DNA of 64,000 bases from positions 1,952,001 to 2,016,000 of the forward strand of contig CBDIID010000003.1 of assembly GCA_965279515.1 (NCBI GenBank). Reading direction: 5' to 3'. Of the stretch, positions 1 through 12,200 are shown one piece after another; position 1 is the stretch's first letter; each line of letters opens with the position of its first letter. The notes below the pieces were generated by a model, which was given only the letters and a program-made list of their open reading frames with translations, was not told the DNA's origin and ran no database searches. The translations under genes and the position numbers were made by a program. This stretch comes from Turneriella sp. (GTDB lineage: Bacteria; Spirochaetota; Leptospiria; Turneriellales; Turneriellaceae).

Positions 1-1439
1 GTATTTGCCGCCAGCGGTTTTAAGAGCAGCGCCGTCAGAAAATAATCCGCATCCTGTTGTTTTTTGAGGTCAGAGACACGCACGAGGCTCGCCTGTAATT
101 CGCGCGTGCGCTCTTCGACTTTCTTTTCGAGATTCGTGTTTAGCTCTTCGACCTCTTTATAGACATTGAGAAACCGGTTGGCGAGCATCACGGCGATTCC
201 GAGAACAAAAAAAGCAAAACCGTATTTCGACAAGGCAACACCCGTGGCAAAAACCAGCGAATCGAGAATATCGAAAACGGCGGTTGCCATGATCGTGAGC
301 ATACCCAAAACCAGATTCCCCGGGGGCGAAAACAGCATCGCATTTTTAAAAGATGCGACGAATTTCCCGAAAGCGCTTTTGCGGCCCGAACGCGCGATGC
401 GGGCCTTTATTTCGCGCACCACGGCCCGCATCAGCTGAAAAATAACGAAATACAGAATACCGATCAGGGCGATGAGCTGCCAGATTCGTAAAATGGAAGT
501 ATTAAAAACTGATGTCGTGGGTATTACCACAAGGGAAAGTGCCAGGGCAATGCCTGCGTAGATTTTCGGGAACAGTGAAATCCGGTTGCCGAATAATTTA
601 TCAACGAAAAACAAAAATGCGGATACCATGTTGAACAACACCACGTATTCAACTTTTTGTATTAACGTCGAATCACGGATAATGTCGAAGACAATTCCTG
701 TACGCGTAAAGAGATAGATAAAAATACCGACACAGAAAATGCCGAAATAGAAGTTATAGCTTTCCTGACGACGGCGCGAATAGAGTAACAGGTGGTAGAG
801 ACCGATCGCCAGATAGAGCGAAATCAGAATTAAGACGATCGTTTCACCGCGCTTCTGCATCAGTACACGCAGGGAATCCACCTCGTAGGGCTGCCCCATA
901 AAAAAGCCGACGTCGGCACTGCCTGCATCCCCGGCGAAACGGAATGCCAGCAGATTTTCCCCGTCGACGAGAGCTGATGCGGGAATTTCAATCAGCGCAT
1001 CGCGTACAGCGCGGTGCCGGTAAATTTTTTCATTCTTCGCGTCGGCAAACCATTCAGAAGCGATCTGTTTGCCGTTGAGGAAAATCTGCCAGTTATCAGC
1101 GATTGCACCAAGGCGCAGCCCCCATGCCTGGGGCAATTTGCGCTCGTCGGGCGTGAGGAAAAACCTCGTGATCGCGGTATAGTCGTGCAGGCCATGCACG
1201 GGCCATTTATAGATGCCGGGCGCCGGGAAGGGTGCCCCCAATGTGGACACCTTAACCGGCCGGTTGTCGCCCGGCGACGAGGGTATATGCTTCCAATCGG
1301 AGAGTTTTTTCGCGCGCTCGGGCCAGTCCTTGAGCCAGGCGGCGTCAAACCCCGGACGAATGAACAGATCTTCGCGTATGAGATTTTTCGCCGAAACGGG
1401 AAAACCCACAAGTAACAAAAGCCATCCCACTATGCGCAT
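1..1439 (-). CDS. 7TM-DISM-type membrane sensor, probably fused to a SpoIIE/PP2C phosphatase (3' end outside window)
   Basis: Not in ORF track; translated by hand from ATG 1439: MRIVGWLLLLVGFPVSAK, jelly-roll motif LGAIADNWQIFLNG, ~7 TM helices, coiled coil LEKKVEERTREL, then KKQQDADYFLTALLLKPL, which typically precedes SpoIIE domains in Leptospiraceae. Confidence 0.75.
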   Translation of the reverse strand, partial: MRIVGWLLLLVGFPVSAKNLIREDLFIRPGFDAAWLKDWPERAKKLSDWKHIPSSPGDNRPVKVSTLGAPFPAPGIYKWPVHGLHDYTAITRFFLTPDERKLPQAWGLRLGAIADNWQIFLNGKQIASEWFADAKNEKIYRHRAVRDALIEIPASALVDGENLLAFRFAGDAGSADVGFFMGQPYEVDSLRVLMQKRGETIVLILISLYLAIGLYHLLLYSRRRQESYNFYFGIFCVGIFIYLFTRTGIVFDIIRDSTLIQKVEYVVLFNMVSAFLFFVDKLFGNRISLFPKIYAGIALALSLVVIPTTSVFNTSILRIWQLIALIGILYFVIFQLMRAVVREIKARIARSGRKSAFGKFVASFKNAMLFSPPGNLVLGMLTIMATAVFDILDSLVFATGVALSKYGFAFFVLGIAVMLANRFLNVYKEVEELNTNLEKKVEERTRELQASLVRVSDLKKQQDADYFLTALLLKPLAAN

Positions 1440-1541
1440 ATGCCAAGTATAGAGGTGCAGCGATTCTGGGTAGGAAAATTCCCAAATCGGGCTTTACGGT
1501 TACAGCAAGTTTACGTGCGCTAGCCGTACTCGGCACGCTTT

Positions 1542-2276
1542 ATGAAAATTCTCGTGATTGAAGACGACGAAATTCAGTATGAACTATTAGGGGCGATCTT
1601 TAAGCAAATCGGAATCGAAGGTTTTTTCTGCGGCACGGGCGAAGCAGGCCTCGAAAAACTCAAGACGCATTTTTTTGACGCCGTCATTCTCGACCTCGGC
1701 CTGCCCGGCAAAAGCGGCGTCCAGGTCTTAAAGGCGATTCGCGAGAATGTCATGACCAAAGAAATCGCCGTCATCGTGCTCACAGCATCAAAAACGCGCG
1801 AGACGCTAATGCAGTGCATGAAATACGGCATCAGCGACTATATCGGCAAGCCGTTTCAGCTGCAGCAGTTTGCGCAAAAGATGGCGACGTTAAAGCGTAT
1901 TCTGACTCTTAAGAATGTCAGCGCCGACAAGGCCGATGCCGTTAAGGTCATCATGGAGCGGATGCCCGACGTTGTTAAATTTACCTTTGGCGGTTTATTC
2001 AACGACGAGTCGGTACGCCGCTTTCTCGTGTATTATACCAGCGCATTTAAGGCGCTGACAAAATCTGACAGCGTGCTGCTGAATTTTGCAGCGCTGCCGA
2101 ACCTGAGTGAGCCGCAACTCAGGATGTTTGGCCTCATTTCAGACGCAATACAACCCAAAAAACCCGTCGTCGTCGCCGGCCGCAGTTATGGCCCGATGCT
2201 TGGGGTTCTGCAAGACCATGAAGAGCGCCTCTTCATCACTGAAGAAGACGCTTTAGAGTTTTTAGGACAGAAATAA
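1542..2276 (+). CDS. Response regulator (REC domain + uncharacterised C-terminal alpha/beta domain)
   Basis: ILVIEDD, ILDLGLPG, LTA, YIGKPF receiver motifs; no HTH. Confidence 0.9.
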   Translation: MKILVIEDDEIQYELLGAIFKQIGIEGFFCGTGEAGLEKLKTHFFDAVILDLGLPGKSGVQVLKAIRENVMTKEIAVIVLTASKTRETLMQCMKYGISDYIGKPFQLQQFAQKMATLKRILTLKNVSADKADAVKVIMERMPDVVKFTFGGLFNDESVRRFLVYYTSAFKALTKSDSVLLNFAALPNLSEPQLRMFGLISDAIQPKKPVVVAGRSYGPMLGVLQDHEERLFITEEDALEFLGQK

Positions 2277-3950
<1,674 letters not shown>

Positions 3951-3988
3951 GACTTTTCCCTATTTGAAAAATTTATCGGCGTCGCCTG

Positions 3989-4045
3989 ACCCCACCCCTA
4001 GCCCCTCCCCTATTAGGGGAGGGGTGCCGAAGGCGGGGAGGGGTT
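3989..4045. repeat. REP-like GC-rich palindromic intergenic element
   Basis: CCCCTCCCCTA-T-TAGGGGAGGGG (4002-4024) followed by GCCGAAGGC and GGGGAGGGG. Confidence 0.55.
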
Positions 4046-4063
4046 TGGCTATATAGCCGTAGA

Positions 4064-5086
4064 TCATATCGAATTCTCATCGGAAGGTTGCGCCGGTTGC
4101 GGTCCGCCCGGTGCAGGCATCGGCGCCAGTTCGCCCGGTGGATTGATCTGCACCGGCCCGCGCTCGCCGACTTTTTCAAGCGTCGACTCGAAGGGGCGCA
4201 GCGTAAAAGACACGGCAAAGATGACGGCGCAAAGCAACGCCAGGTACTGCCGGCGCCGGTCGAGCGGCTGCCGCGTCGTCGCCTGCGTCATATCGAAGAA
4301 CAGCGGGTTCTTTGCCTGTCGGAGTTCGGGATGCTCGACGCCGAGATAAATAAACATCAGAACGAAAGCAAACCACATCGGGTAATAGAGCGCCATGACA
4401 AAAAGGAAGGCCATGAAGATATAGGCGATGTCGCGCTGGCGGTTGCCAAAGAGCGCATAGACAATTTGTCCGCCCGAAAGCGAACCCAGCGGAAAAAGAT
4501 TGATCGCGGTAAAGAGCAAACCCGCCCAGCCCGCGGCGAGCAGCGGGTGCGCCGCGAGGTCATAGCCCAGGGGGATATCCTTCATGAGTCGTGCAATGCC
4601 CTTGAGGATCAAAGGATTTTCAAACTGGGGAGTGCCCGCCACTACTTCACTTAAATAGGTACCAAGGACAAGGCAGGGCACCGAAAACGAAAAGCTCATC
4701 ACCGGCCCCCAAAAGGCGATGTCAAAAAGCGCGCGCGTATTCACGCCGACATTGGCAGTGCGCGTGATGACGCCGAAGGTGCCGAAAGGCGAAAATACCG
4801 GCATCGGGATAAAAAACGGTAACCCGGCATAAACGCCGTACGAGCGCGCCTGCACAAAGCGCGCGAAGGCATAGGACGAAAGAATGACAATCACGGCCAC
4901 TGCATAGATCGCCGCATCGATATATTTTGCCGACGCCGTGCTATGCGACGAGAAATTCGCACCGGCTAAAAAAAGCGTAAAGCAGGTCAGTACAAAAAGC
5001 ACGAGGTGCCGGCGCCGCGTCGCGGTATCGCTCTGGCGAAAGCCGTCGCGGATGATGTTCCAGTTGCGTTTTATTTTCCCTAACAT
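4064..5086 (-). CDS. Site-2 protease (M50, EGY-like) homolog lacking catalytic motifs
   Basis: LPFFIP.P..PFGTFG, LFDIAFWGP, HPLLAAGWAGLLFTAINLFP..L.GG scaffold; HExxH absent; start taken at ATG 5086 just after upstream stop. Confidence 0.8.
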   Translation of the reverse strand: MLGKIKRNWNIIRDGFRQSDTATRRRHLVLFVLTCFTLFLAGANFSSHSTASAKYIDAAIYAVAVIVILSSYAFARFVQARSYGVYAGLPFFIPMPVFSPFGTFGVITRTANVGVNTRALFDIAFWGPVMSFSFSVPCLVLGTYLSEVVAGTPQFENPLILKGIARLMKDIPLGYDLAAHPLLAAGWAGLLFTAINLFPLGSLSGGQIVYALFGNRQRDIAYIFMAFLFVMALYYPMWFAFVLMFIYLGVEHPELRQAKNPLFFDMTQATTRQPLDRRRQYLALLCAVIFAVSFTLRPFESTLEKVGERGPVQINPPGELAPMPAPGGPQPAQPSDENSI

Positions 5087-5087
5087 A

Positions 5088-7481
5088 TCAGTCAATGAGC
5101 TCGGGCAGGCGCTTCGTTGGCGCTTTTTGCCCCGGCGGTTTTCCACCTGACCTTTTTTTCTTCACCGCCTGTACAGAAACTTCGCGTTTCCGCTCCAGCG
5201 CCGCGGTCTCCTGCATTGTCGGGTATTGCGGCCGTTCATGGTAGGTGCTGACGAGCACGTCAAGAAACGCCTTGCGCACAACCGAAAGCTCGCCCAACGT
5301 CAGGGGGGATTCATGGAACTGCTCTTCGCTGATCTTATTTTCGATGATGCGGTCAATGATCGAGGCGAACTCTTCCGCACTGGCGGTCGTCGCTGTACGC
5401 GACGCCGCCTCAACGCTGTCAGCGATCATCGCCACCGCGGTTTCGCGGCTCTGCGGCTTGGGTCCGGGGTACTGGAACTGTTTGCGCGTGATCGGCTGCG
5501 CACTTTTGCCGTCCGCCTGCTCCAGCGCCTTATGGTAAAAATACTGTATCGTCGTCGTGCCGTGGTGCTCGGGAATAAAACTGATGACCTTTTCGGGCAG
5601 GCGGTTCTCCCGCGCCATCGCGACACCGTCGCTCACGTGCCGGGTAATCATCTGCGCCGACTTGAGCGCGCCCAGCTTCTTGAAGGCTTCAGAGGTAGGA
5701 TAGAGGTGGCGATTCTCAGCATAAAAATCCGGGTGCGCCATTTTGCCGATGTCGTGGAACAGGCAACCGACGCGCGTGAGCAGGGTATCGCCACCGAGTG
5801 CACGCACTGCAGCCTCGCTGAGATTAGCCAGCATGACACTGTGTGAGTGCGTCGATGGCGCAATCGCCGCCATACGTATCAGCAGGGGATGATTGAAGTC
5901 GTTCAGTTCCATGAGCCGAAATGGCGTCGGCAGGTTGAAGATAAATTCTATCAGCGGCAAAAGGCCGAGAGTCAGCAGAATGCTGAGAACGCTGTTCGTC
6001 AGAACAGCGGCGACCTTCAGGTCGTAACTTTTCGCCGATGGCGCCATGAGTTCGAAACCTGAAATCAACACAAAGTTTGCGATTGCAATAATGAGCCCGC
6101 CCTTAAACATCTGTGTGCGCTTCTCCATACGCGTCGAGGCATAGAGCCCCGCAATGGCAGAGGTCAGGGCCAGCATCAGGCTCTGGTTATCAAAGCCTGT
6201 GAGAATGTATGAGTATATCGCGAGATAGATGCCGGCCGAGAGGGCAATCCGCGCACCAAAAAATTGCCCCGTCAAAATGCCGAAAAACCCGAAGGGAACA
6301 AAAAGAACAAAATTCACGTCATAACCGCGCAGGGGGTTGACCATCATGATGATGAGTTCGGTGACGAACATCACCCAAAACAGGCCATGCAAAATAAAGT
6401 GAGACCCATAATCTCTCACCTGCTCATAAGCAAAACGAAACGTGAAATAACACAGCGATACGGCGAGCACTCCCATCACCAGCAAAATGCCCAACACCTG
6501 CGAACCGTTGCGGCGCCGGTGATTATCGCGCACCTGCTCGAGCAACTTAATTTTCTCCGCGTCAATGATGTCGCCGGCGCGGATCAGCATCGTGCCGCGC
6601 TTAATAAGACGCGTGACGGGCGTCACTTTCTCCGCGGCCTGCCGGCGCCTGAGTTCGGTATATTGCGGATTATATGTCAGGGCTGGGTTTTCCCGCATGA
6701 GCTCGCGTATGCGCGTCAGAATAATACGCAACGTCCCCGGTGCAAGATCGGGGTCGGCGAGGCGGTTCTCGCGGATGATGAGTTTCACGGAACCTTCGAC
6801 GCTCTGCAGCTGTTCTGCCATCCACACCAGATCGTGTACTTCGCGCATGCCGCCGATGGTACGTATCTGCGCGCCCTTTTCGAGAAGTTCGCCCAGGACT
6901 TTGTCGGCGAGGTTAGCTGTCAAAAAACCGGCTTCGTTGAAGGCTTTCTCACCCAGGCGCTCGGCTTTGGCTTCCATGACATCCGCTTTTTTTTCACGGA
7001 TAAGTCCCTCGACGTCTTCGCGGCGGTAAAGCGCGCCCTTAAGAAACGGCAGGCGTTCGGTGAGTAGCGCGGTGCGCTGCGCTGCGGGCAGGGCCGGGCT
7101 TTCGCGCACCGTATTGGCGATCCATGTGAAATCCGTCTTGAGCTGCTGCTGCACCTTTTCGAAGACTGCCAGGTCGCGGTCAAACGCGGGCCGCTCGCGC
7201 TCGAACGCAGTTCTTTTGAGACGTTCAGTTTCGGGCTGGTCGACGATTTTCAGATCCATGAGCGCCTTGAAATCCGCCTCTGCAATCTGCCCCGCTTCGA
7301 AGCGCGGCAGCTTTTGTACGAGGGGTAGCGCCAGGAGTAACGTTGAAACGATGAGTGTCAGGCCATAAGAGATGAGCGCGGCTTTCTTAATGTCGCTGGG
7401 CGTGCGCCGCTCGGAGAGGAAACGGTTGAACCTGACACCCGACGCCCGCAGCTTTTGGCTTAGACCGGTGCGGGCCATCAA
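5088..7481 (-). CDS. 7TM-HDED / 7TM / HD phosphohydrolase (PgpH-like cyclic-di-AMP phosphodiesterase family)
   Basis: Extracytoplasmic domain, 7 TM, HSHS, LFHDIGK, EHHGTT, YPGPKPQSRE, ADSVEAA. Confidence 0.88.
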   Translation of the reverse strand: MMARTGLSQKLRASGVRFNRFLSERRTPSDIKKAALISYGLTLIVSTLLLALPLVQKLPRFEAGQIAEADFKALMDLKIVDQPETERLKRTAFERERPAFDRDLAVFEKVQQQLKTDFTWIANTVRESPALPAAQRTALLTERLPFLKGALYRREDVEGLIREKKADVMEAKAERLGEKAFNEAGFLTANLADKVLGELLEKGAQIRTIGGMREVHDLVWMAEQLQSVEGSVKLIIRENRLADPDLAPGTLRIILTRIRELMRENPALTYNPQYTELRRRQAAEKVTPVTRLIKRGTMLIRAGDIIDAEKIKLLEQVRDNHRRRNGSQVLGILLVMGVLAVSLCYFTFRFAYEQVRDYGSHFILHGLFWVMFVTELIIMMVNPLRGYDVNFVLFVPFGFFGILTGQFFGARIALSAGIYLAIYSYILTGFDNQSLMLALTSAIAGLYASTRMEKRTQMFKGGLIIAIANFVLISGFELMAPSAKSYDLKVAAVLTNSVLSILLTLGLLPLIEFIFNLPTPFRLMELNDFNHPLLIRMAAIAPSTHSHSVMLANLSEAAVRALGGDTLLTRVGCLFHDIGKMAHPDFYAENRHLYPTSEAFKKLGALKSAQMITRHVSDGVAMARENRLPEKVISFIPEHHGTTTIQYFYHKALEQADGKSAQPITRKQFQYPGPKPQSRETAVAMIADSVEAASRTATTASAEEFASIIDRIIENKISEEQFHESPLTLGELSVVRKAFLDVLVSTYHERPQYPTMQETAALERKREVSVQAVKKKRSGGKPPGQKAPTKRLPELID

Positions 7482-7483
7482 AA

Positions 7484-7966
7484 TTATTTTTTGGCTTTGC
7501 GGCTGAGTTCGGCGAGCAGGGCTTCATGGCCAGCGAGAATATTTTCGACCTGTGCTTCATTCAGCGATTTTTTGTCGCGCAGTTCAACCAGTAAGGCGCG
7601 CAGGAATTTCTGTTCGGTCGCCGCATAGTCGAGCAGGTATTCCTGTGCGCGCAGCGTTTCATGGAGGTCTTTCATGCGCCCAGCCATGAGGTCGAGCGTG
7701 TTTTCACGGACGGCCTTTTCTTTATGCCATTCTTTCTCGATTTCGTCGCGGTATTTCTGTACGTTCTCCAGGGCGGAGCTGATATTGCGTTGCTGGTATA
7801 AGAGCTGGGCTTCAAACTCGGTCAGTTTTTCAAATGCCTGAGCGCGCACCTCGGAATTCGCGAGCTCGTCGGTCGTAAAGCGCAGGATGCTCTCGATGCG
7901 GGAAAGCACGTCGGTTTCGCTGAACTTGCTATCCGCCTCATTTCCCGGTTTTTTGGCTTCAGCCAT
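7484..7966 (-). CDS. Hypothetical coiled-coil protein
   Basis: Helical, charged ORF; ATG at 7966 (MAEAKKP) leads the operon. Confidence 0.7.
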   Translation of the reverse strand: MAEAKKPGNEADSKFSETDVLSRIESILRFTTDELANSEVRAQAFEKLTEFEAQLLYQQRNISSALENVQKYRDEIEKEWHKEKAVRENTLDLMAGRMKDLHETLRAQEYLLDYAATEQKFLRALLVELRDKKSLNEAQVENILAGHEALLAELSRKAKK

Positions 7967-8045
7967 GCGCGATTTTACAAAGGATTGACGTGAGGTCAAA
8001 AAGAATAACACTGCGACCCTACGAGGCATTTAAAGGCCGGTATTT

Positions 8046-8774
8046 ATGCGCGAAACGCCCCCCATTGAGCCCAAATTAAAAGCCGCCATCGACGCGGCGA
8101 TCAGCAAGGAACACCTTGTACGTATACGTGCTTACGCCGTCATTTCAGCGACCGAATCGGGCCTGAGCTACATCGTCGAATCGATCCTCAAAAAATACGG
8201 CCGCGACGACATGGTCGGCCCCGTCTATACATCGGTCAAAGAATTGTCCTTGAACGGCGCCAAGGCTAACTTCAAGCGTATCCTGTTCGAAGACGAGAAT
8301 CTCAACGCTGAAAACGACGGCGAATATGACAAGGGAATGGATCTCTTCAAACATAACCTCAACGAAAACTGGGTTCTCGAATACGGTAAAAAATCCAAAC
8401 AACGCAAACTCTACGTCGATATCTTCTTCGACTTCAACGCCGACCGCCTGATCGTCGAAGTCCTGAACAACAGGCCGATTTCGCAAAAAGAAGACAAACG
8501 CATCCGCGAAAAGTTCCACACCGCGATGCGCTACGACGATATCGCGCAGTTTTATATGGAAGGCGGCGACTCTTCTGAAGGCGCAGGTATGGGTATCGTG
8601 CTGGTGACGATGATGCTCAAGGCACAACAGATCGATCCGCATCTTTTCACGATCCGTTCTGATTACCGCGAGAAAACTCTGGCGCGTGTGGAGTTTCCGC
8701 TCTCACATGACTACCAGCCGTCACGCCAACGCTTCATCACAGAGTCGAACGCCGAGCTTGTGCTCAGCGTCTGA
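8046..8774 (+). CDS. Histidine kinase-like ATPase (HATPase/anti-sigma-factor-like) protein
   Basis: N-box-like VKELSLNGAKAN, G-box-like SSEGAGMGIVLV; no HisKA domain. Confidence 0.65.
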   Translation: MRETPPIEPKLKAAIDAAISKEHLVRIRAYAVISATESGLSYIVESILKKYGRDDMVGPVYTSVKELSLNGAKANFKRILFEDENLNAENDGEYDKGMDLFKHNLNENWVLEYGKKSKQRKLYVDIFFDFNADRLIVEVLNNRPISQKEDKRIREKFHTAMRYDDIAQFYMEGGDSSEGAGMGIVLVTMMLKAQQIDPHLFTIRSDYREKTLARVEFPLSHDYQPSRQRFITESNAELVLSV

Positions 8775-8776
8775 AA

Positions 8777-9193
8777 TTGAAACCGGCGATCACCGGTGGC
8801 TGTTTGTGCGGAAATATCCGCTATTCATACAATGGAGAACCGGGTATGGCGAACTACTGCCACTGTGCCGATTGTCGCAAAATCACCGGCAGCGCCTTCA
8901 ACGTCGGTATCCGTTTCGAAAAGATAAATTTCACTCTACTGAGCGGTGAAATAAAACGGTTCACTAAAAACGGCGAGAGTGGCCGCTTCATCACGCGCGC
9001 GTTTTGCCCGGATTGCGGCTCTCCCATTTTTACGGAATCTGAAGCACATCCCGAATTACTCTATATCAAGGCGGGTAGCCTCGATCAACCTGCAATAGTG
9101 CGGCCCGCATACGAGATCTATAACGAGTCCAAAGTGGCGTGGTCCCAGATTCCCACGGGCATCAAATCTTACCCGCGCGGCTCAGGGCTCTGA
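8777..9193 (+). CDS. GFA (glutathione-dependent formaldehyde-activating/CENP-V) family protein
   Basis: GGCLCG, CHCADCRK, RAFCPDCGSP zinc motifs. Confidence 0.92.
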   Translation: MKPAITGGCLCGNIRYSYNGEPGMANYCHCADCRKITGSAFNVGIRFEKINFTLLSGEIKRFTKNGESGRFITRAFCPDCGSPIFTESEAHPELLYIKAGSLDQPAIVRPAYEIYNESKVAWSQIPTGIKSYPRGSGL

Positions 9194-9200
9194 TTCAGGA

Positions 9201-12200
9201 TTACATATTCCTGCGGTAACTGCCGCCGACCTCATAGAGCGCCCCGGTAATCTGACCCAAAGAGCAGGTCTTCACCGTCTCCATGAGTTCGGCAAAGACA
9301 TTGCCCGATTTAAGCGCGACGTGGCGCAGCTTATCGAGCGCTTTCGGCGTTTCATCGGCGTGGAATTTTTCGAATTCACCGAGCGAGACAATCTGCCGCT
9401 GCTTTTCTTCGTCGGTCGAACGCATGAGTTCGCCATGGTAATATTCCGTCTCTGCGCTGAGAAAGGTGTTCACACCGACAATCGGCAGCTCGCCCGAAGA
9501 TTTCAGCTTTTCGTAAAATAAACTTTCTTCCTGGATCTTGTTGCGCTGGTACATCGTCTCCATCGCGCCCAAAACACCGCCGCGGTCTGAGATGCGGTCG
9601 AACTCTTTGAGGATGGCCTCCTCCACAAGGTCGGTGAGACGCGTGATGAAAAAGCTACCCTGCAGCGGGTTTTCATTTTTAGTGAGCCCCAGCTCGCGGT
9701 TGATGATGAGCTGAATGGCAATCGCGCGGCGCACGGATTCCGGTGTCGGTGTTGTCACCGCCTCGTCGTAGGCATTGGTATGCAGGCTGTTGCAGTTGTC
9801 CATGATCGCATAGAGCGCCTGCAACGTAGTGCGGATGTCGTTGAATGAAATTTCCTGCGCGTGCAAACTGCGGCCGGATGTCTGGATGTGGTACTTTAAT
9901 TTTTGCGAGCGCGCGTCGGCCTTATAGAGATTGCGCATGGCAATCGCCCAGATGCGGCGCGCCACGCGGCCGATCACCGCGTATTCGACATCCATACCGT
10001 TCGAGAAAAAGAAACTGAAATTGCGCGCAAAGGCGTCGATCTGCATGCCGCGGCTCAGGTAATATTCGGCGAGAGTAAAGCCGTTCGCGAGCGTGAACGC
10101 GACCTGGGTGATCGGGTTTGCCCCCGCTTCGGCAATATGATAGCCTGAAACGCTGACTGAATAAAAGTTCGTCACATCGTTGTTGATGAAGAACTGCTGG
10201 ATATCCCCCATGACCTTGAGAGAAAATTCGGCAGAGAATATGCAGGTGTTCTGCGCCTGATCTTCCTTTAGAATATCAGCCTGCACCGTGCCGCGCACCT
10301 GCGACAGCGTCTTCTTGCGGATGTTCGCGTAAACTTCGGCAGGCACGACGTGCTCGCCGGAAACACCGAGGAGTGACAGGCCCAGGGAATTGTGGTTCTC
10401 AGGCAGTCCGTCGCGGTATTCGGGTGGTTTCAGGCTTTTTGCGCGGTAGAGATCCTGGATTTTCTTTTGTGCTTCGGCAAGTTTACCTTCGTTTTTAAGA
10501 TAGGTCTCAATCTGCTGATCGACCGCGGCATTCATAAAGAACGCGAGAATCGTCGGTGAAGGTCCGTTGATCGTCATCGAAACGCTGGTTGTCGGTGCCG
10601 AAAGATCAAAGCCCGAATAGAGCTTTTTCATGTCGTCGACCGTGCAGATCGAAACTCCGGCATTGCCGATCTTGCCGAAAATGTCGGGCCGTTCCGCAGG
10701 GTTCTCGCCATAGAGCGTGATCGAGTCGAAGGCCGTTGAAAGCCGCGCGGCGGGTTGCCCCTTTGCAATCAGGTGAAAGCGTTTGTTCGTGCGCTCGGGC
10801 GAACCTTCGCCCGCAAACATGCGCGTTGGATCTTCGCCTTCGCGCTTGAACGGAAAAACGCCCGAGGTAAAGGGAAATTCGCCGGGAATATTCTCTTTGA
10901 GAATGTACTCAGCAAGAGCACCCCAATCTTTAAAGGGAGCCGGCGCGACCTTGGCCGTCAAGGTATCAGAAAGCGATGGCACGCCCGCACGCACAGTAAT
11001 CTCTTTGTCGCGCACGTTGTAACTAAAGGTCTCTTTGCTATAATCGCGGCGTATCTGCTCAAACGATTCCAAAGATTTCAGGAGCTTTGGATCGATTTTA
11101 CCGCGCAACTCTGTTTGTTTTGCATCAATGCCCGCCGCCGCAGCGCCCGTGAGCAGGCTTTTTGCTGTCTCAAGCGCCTGTATCTGCCGCGCGAACTCGG
11201 CTTGTTCTTCCGCATTGTGGTGATAGCCGCGCACGGCGTCGGCGATTTCTGAAAGATAGCGCGTGCGCTTCGCAGGAATAAAATCATCGCTGACAGAAGC
11301 CGACTCGATCACGACGGCCGGCTTGAGATCGCCTTTAAGCAAACCTTTCTTCTGCAGAATGCCGGTGAGTGCCGCAAAGGCATCATCGACGAGCTTGTCG
11401 CCAAAACGGTTCGCCACCGTGGGATAAATCGGCAACTCTTCGTCCTTTTGCGTCAGCAATGCATGATTGCGGCGATACTGCTTACGCACCTGAATAAGAG
11501 CGTCTTCGGCGCGCACGCGATCGGACTTATTGATGATGACCATATCGGCATAATCGAGCATCGCGATTTTCTCGAGCTGCGTTGCCGCGCCATACTCCGG
11601 CGTCATGACATAGACCGACATGTCGCAGAGATCAGTGATTGCGGTATCTGACTGGCCGATGCCCGCCGATTCAATAACGATGAGATCAAACTTTTCACCA
11701 CGCAAAAAAGCGAGGATGTCTTTGAGTGTCGACGAGATCGCCGCGTTATCTGTACGCGTCGCGAGTGAGCGCATGAAGATTTTGCCGTCATTGACAGAGT
11801 TGAGCCTCAGGCGATCACCCAGGAGAGCACCGCCGGTTCTTCGTTGCGTCGGATCAACGGACAAAAGAGCGAGTTTCAGACCAGGATACAACAATTTAAA
11901 GCGGCGGAGAAATTCATCGATGAGCGAAGATTTACCCGCGCCGCCCGAGCCGGTGAAACCGAGCACGGGAACTTTCCCTTGCCCCCGATTCACATCGGGG
12001 GCAAGGGCACCCGATTCAATCTGTGATATGCGGCGCGAGAGCAAATGGCCATAGTCTGAGTAGAGATCCCCCTCTGCTTTTTCTGGACGTTTCGATGCAG
12101 CCGCCTTGGCAATCATGTCGCGCGCCATACCGTCAAGACCGAGCGCGCGCCCGTCATCGGGCGAATAGATACGCTCAACACCATAGGCCATGAGGTCCTT

